The notes under the pieces were generated by a model. The model did not search any database. It saw only the letters and a list, made by a program, of their open reading frames with translations, and was not told the origin of the DNA. The position numbers and the translations under genes were made by a program. A stretch of DNA of 64,000 bases from Utricularia gibba. Lineage: Eukaryota > Plantae > Magnoliophyta. Location of the stretch: assembly GCA_002189035.1 (NCBI GenBank), contig CM007992.1, forward strand, positions 1,922,001 through 1,986,000. The letters are read 5' to 3'. Positions within the stretch are counted from its first letter, which is position 1. Each line of letters opens with the position of its first letter. Positions 63,501-64,000 of the stretch are shown piece by piece.

Positions 63501-64000
63501 CTTAAATAAGTGCCCTGTAGTCTGGTTTTCGAAGAAACAAAAAGTGGTAGCACAATCAACAGCTGAAGCAGAATACATCTCAGCAGCACATGCTTCGAAC
63601 TATTGTGTTTGGTTCAGGCAGATGCTAAACGAACTTGGATTCATACAACAGGAAGCTACACATCTGCTTATGGATAATCGAGCTGCAATCTCCATTGCCA
63701 AGGATCCGACGAACTTCAGCAAAGCCAAACACATAAGAATCAGGTATCATGTCATAAGTAATTACATCAAGGAGAAGAAGATTAAAGTGCAATATGTTGA
63801 GAGTGGGAATCAGCTTGCTGATGGGCTCACCAAAGGTTTGAACAGAGTTCACTTTGAGCTAGCAAGGAAGAACATGAATCTCATGATTATGGAAGACTTT
63901 CTCAAATTGGGAGATCTCGGTCTGGGAAGGAATGTTGGAGATCAGCCTCAATCCAAACCTTGAAGGTGATTGGAAGAACTAAACATGTGTCATAATGTCA
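60522..64000 (+). mobile_element. Young Ty1/copia element, copy 2, internally deleted; 3' LTR runs off window
   Basis: 5' LTR 60522-60844; PBS 60845-60857; 3' LTR starts 63933; ~99% identical to copy 1 in opposite orientation. Confidence 0.96.
60963..63963 (+). pseudogene. gag-pol: Disrupted gag-pol of copy 2
   Basis: 1-bp loss in the G run near 62751 shifts the frame in integrase; a 1570-bp deletion at ~63503 removes RT; the RNase H end is retained. Confidence 0.92.

Noticed and set aside
1-64000. The many 60-130-aa ORFs in the six-frame track as novel small proteins
   Set aside because: Nearly all are antisense or alternate frames of TE sequence or LTRs, lack recognisable domains, and are duplicated exactly where the TE sequence is duplicated.

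Overview
This is transposon-dense plant nuclear DNA: AT-rich, with deeply nested insertions and no canonical multi-exon host gene intact. It contains many decayed Ty1/copia remnants, an Athila-type Ty3 element (13361-22230, TSD ATAGC), two inverted Angela-like solo LTRs, two hAT elements with perfect 8-bp TSDs, and a 14.4-kb Mutator (MULE) shell (33894-48316). Two structures stand out. (1) Inside the MULE is a composite insertion, TSD1-E-TSD2-cargo-TSD2-E-TSD1 (37114-48083). Two copies of a degenerate-TIR MULE-like element flank a host-gene cargo that appears circularly permuted (RAF36-like kinase pseudogene plus an HIPP39-like HMA ORF), and one arm carries the last exon of an AGO4-clade gene. 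(2) Two ~99% identical young copia copies sit head-to-head (53603-58906 and 60522 to the window end) with swapped target-site flanks, indicating that the 1.6-kb spacer was inverted. Copy 1 has an intact ~1529-aa gag-pol ORF. All coordinates and identities were read by eye, and family assignments rest on remembered motifs, not database searches.
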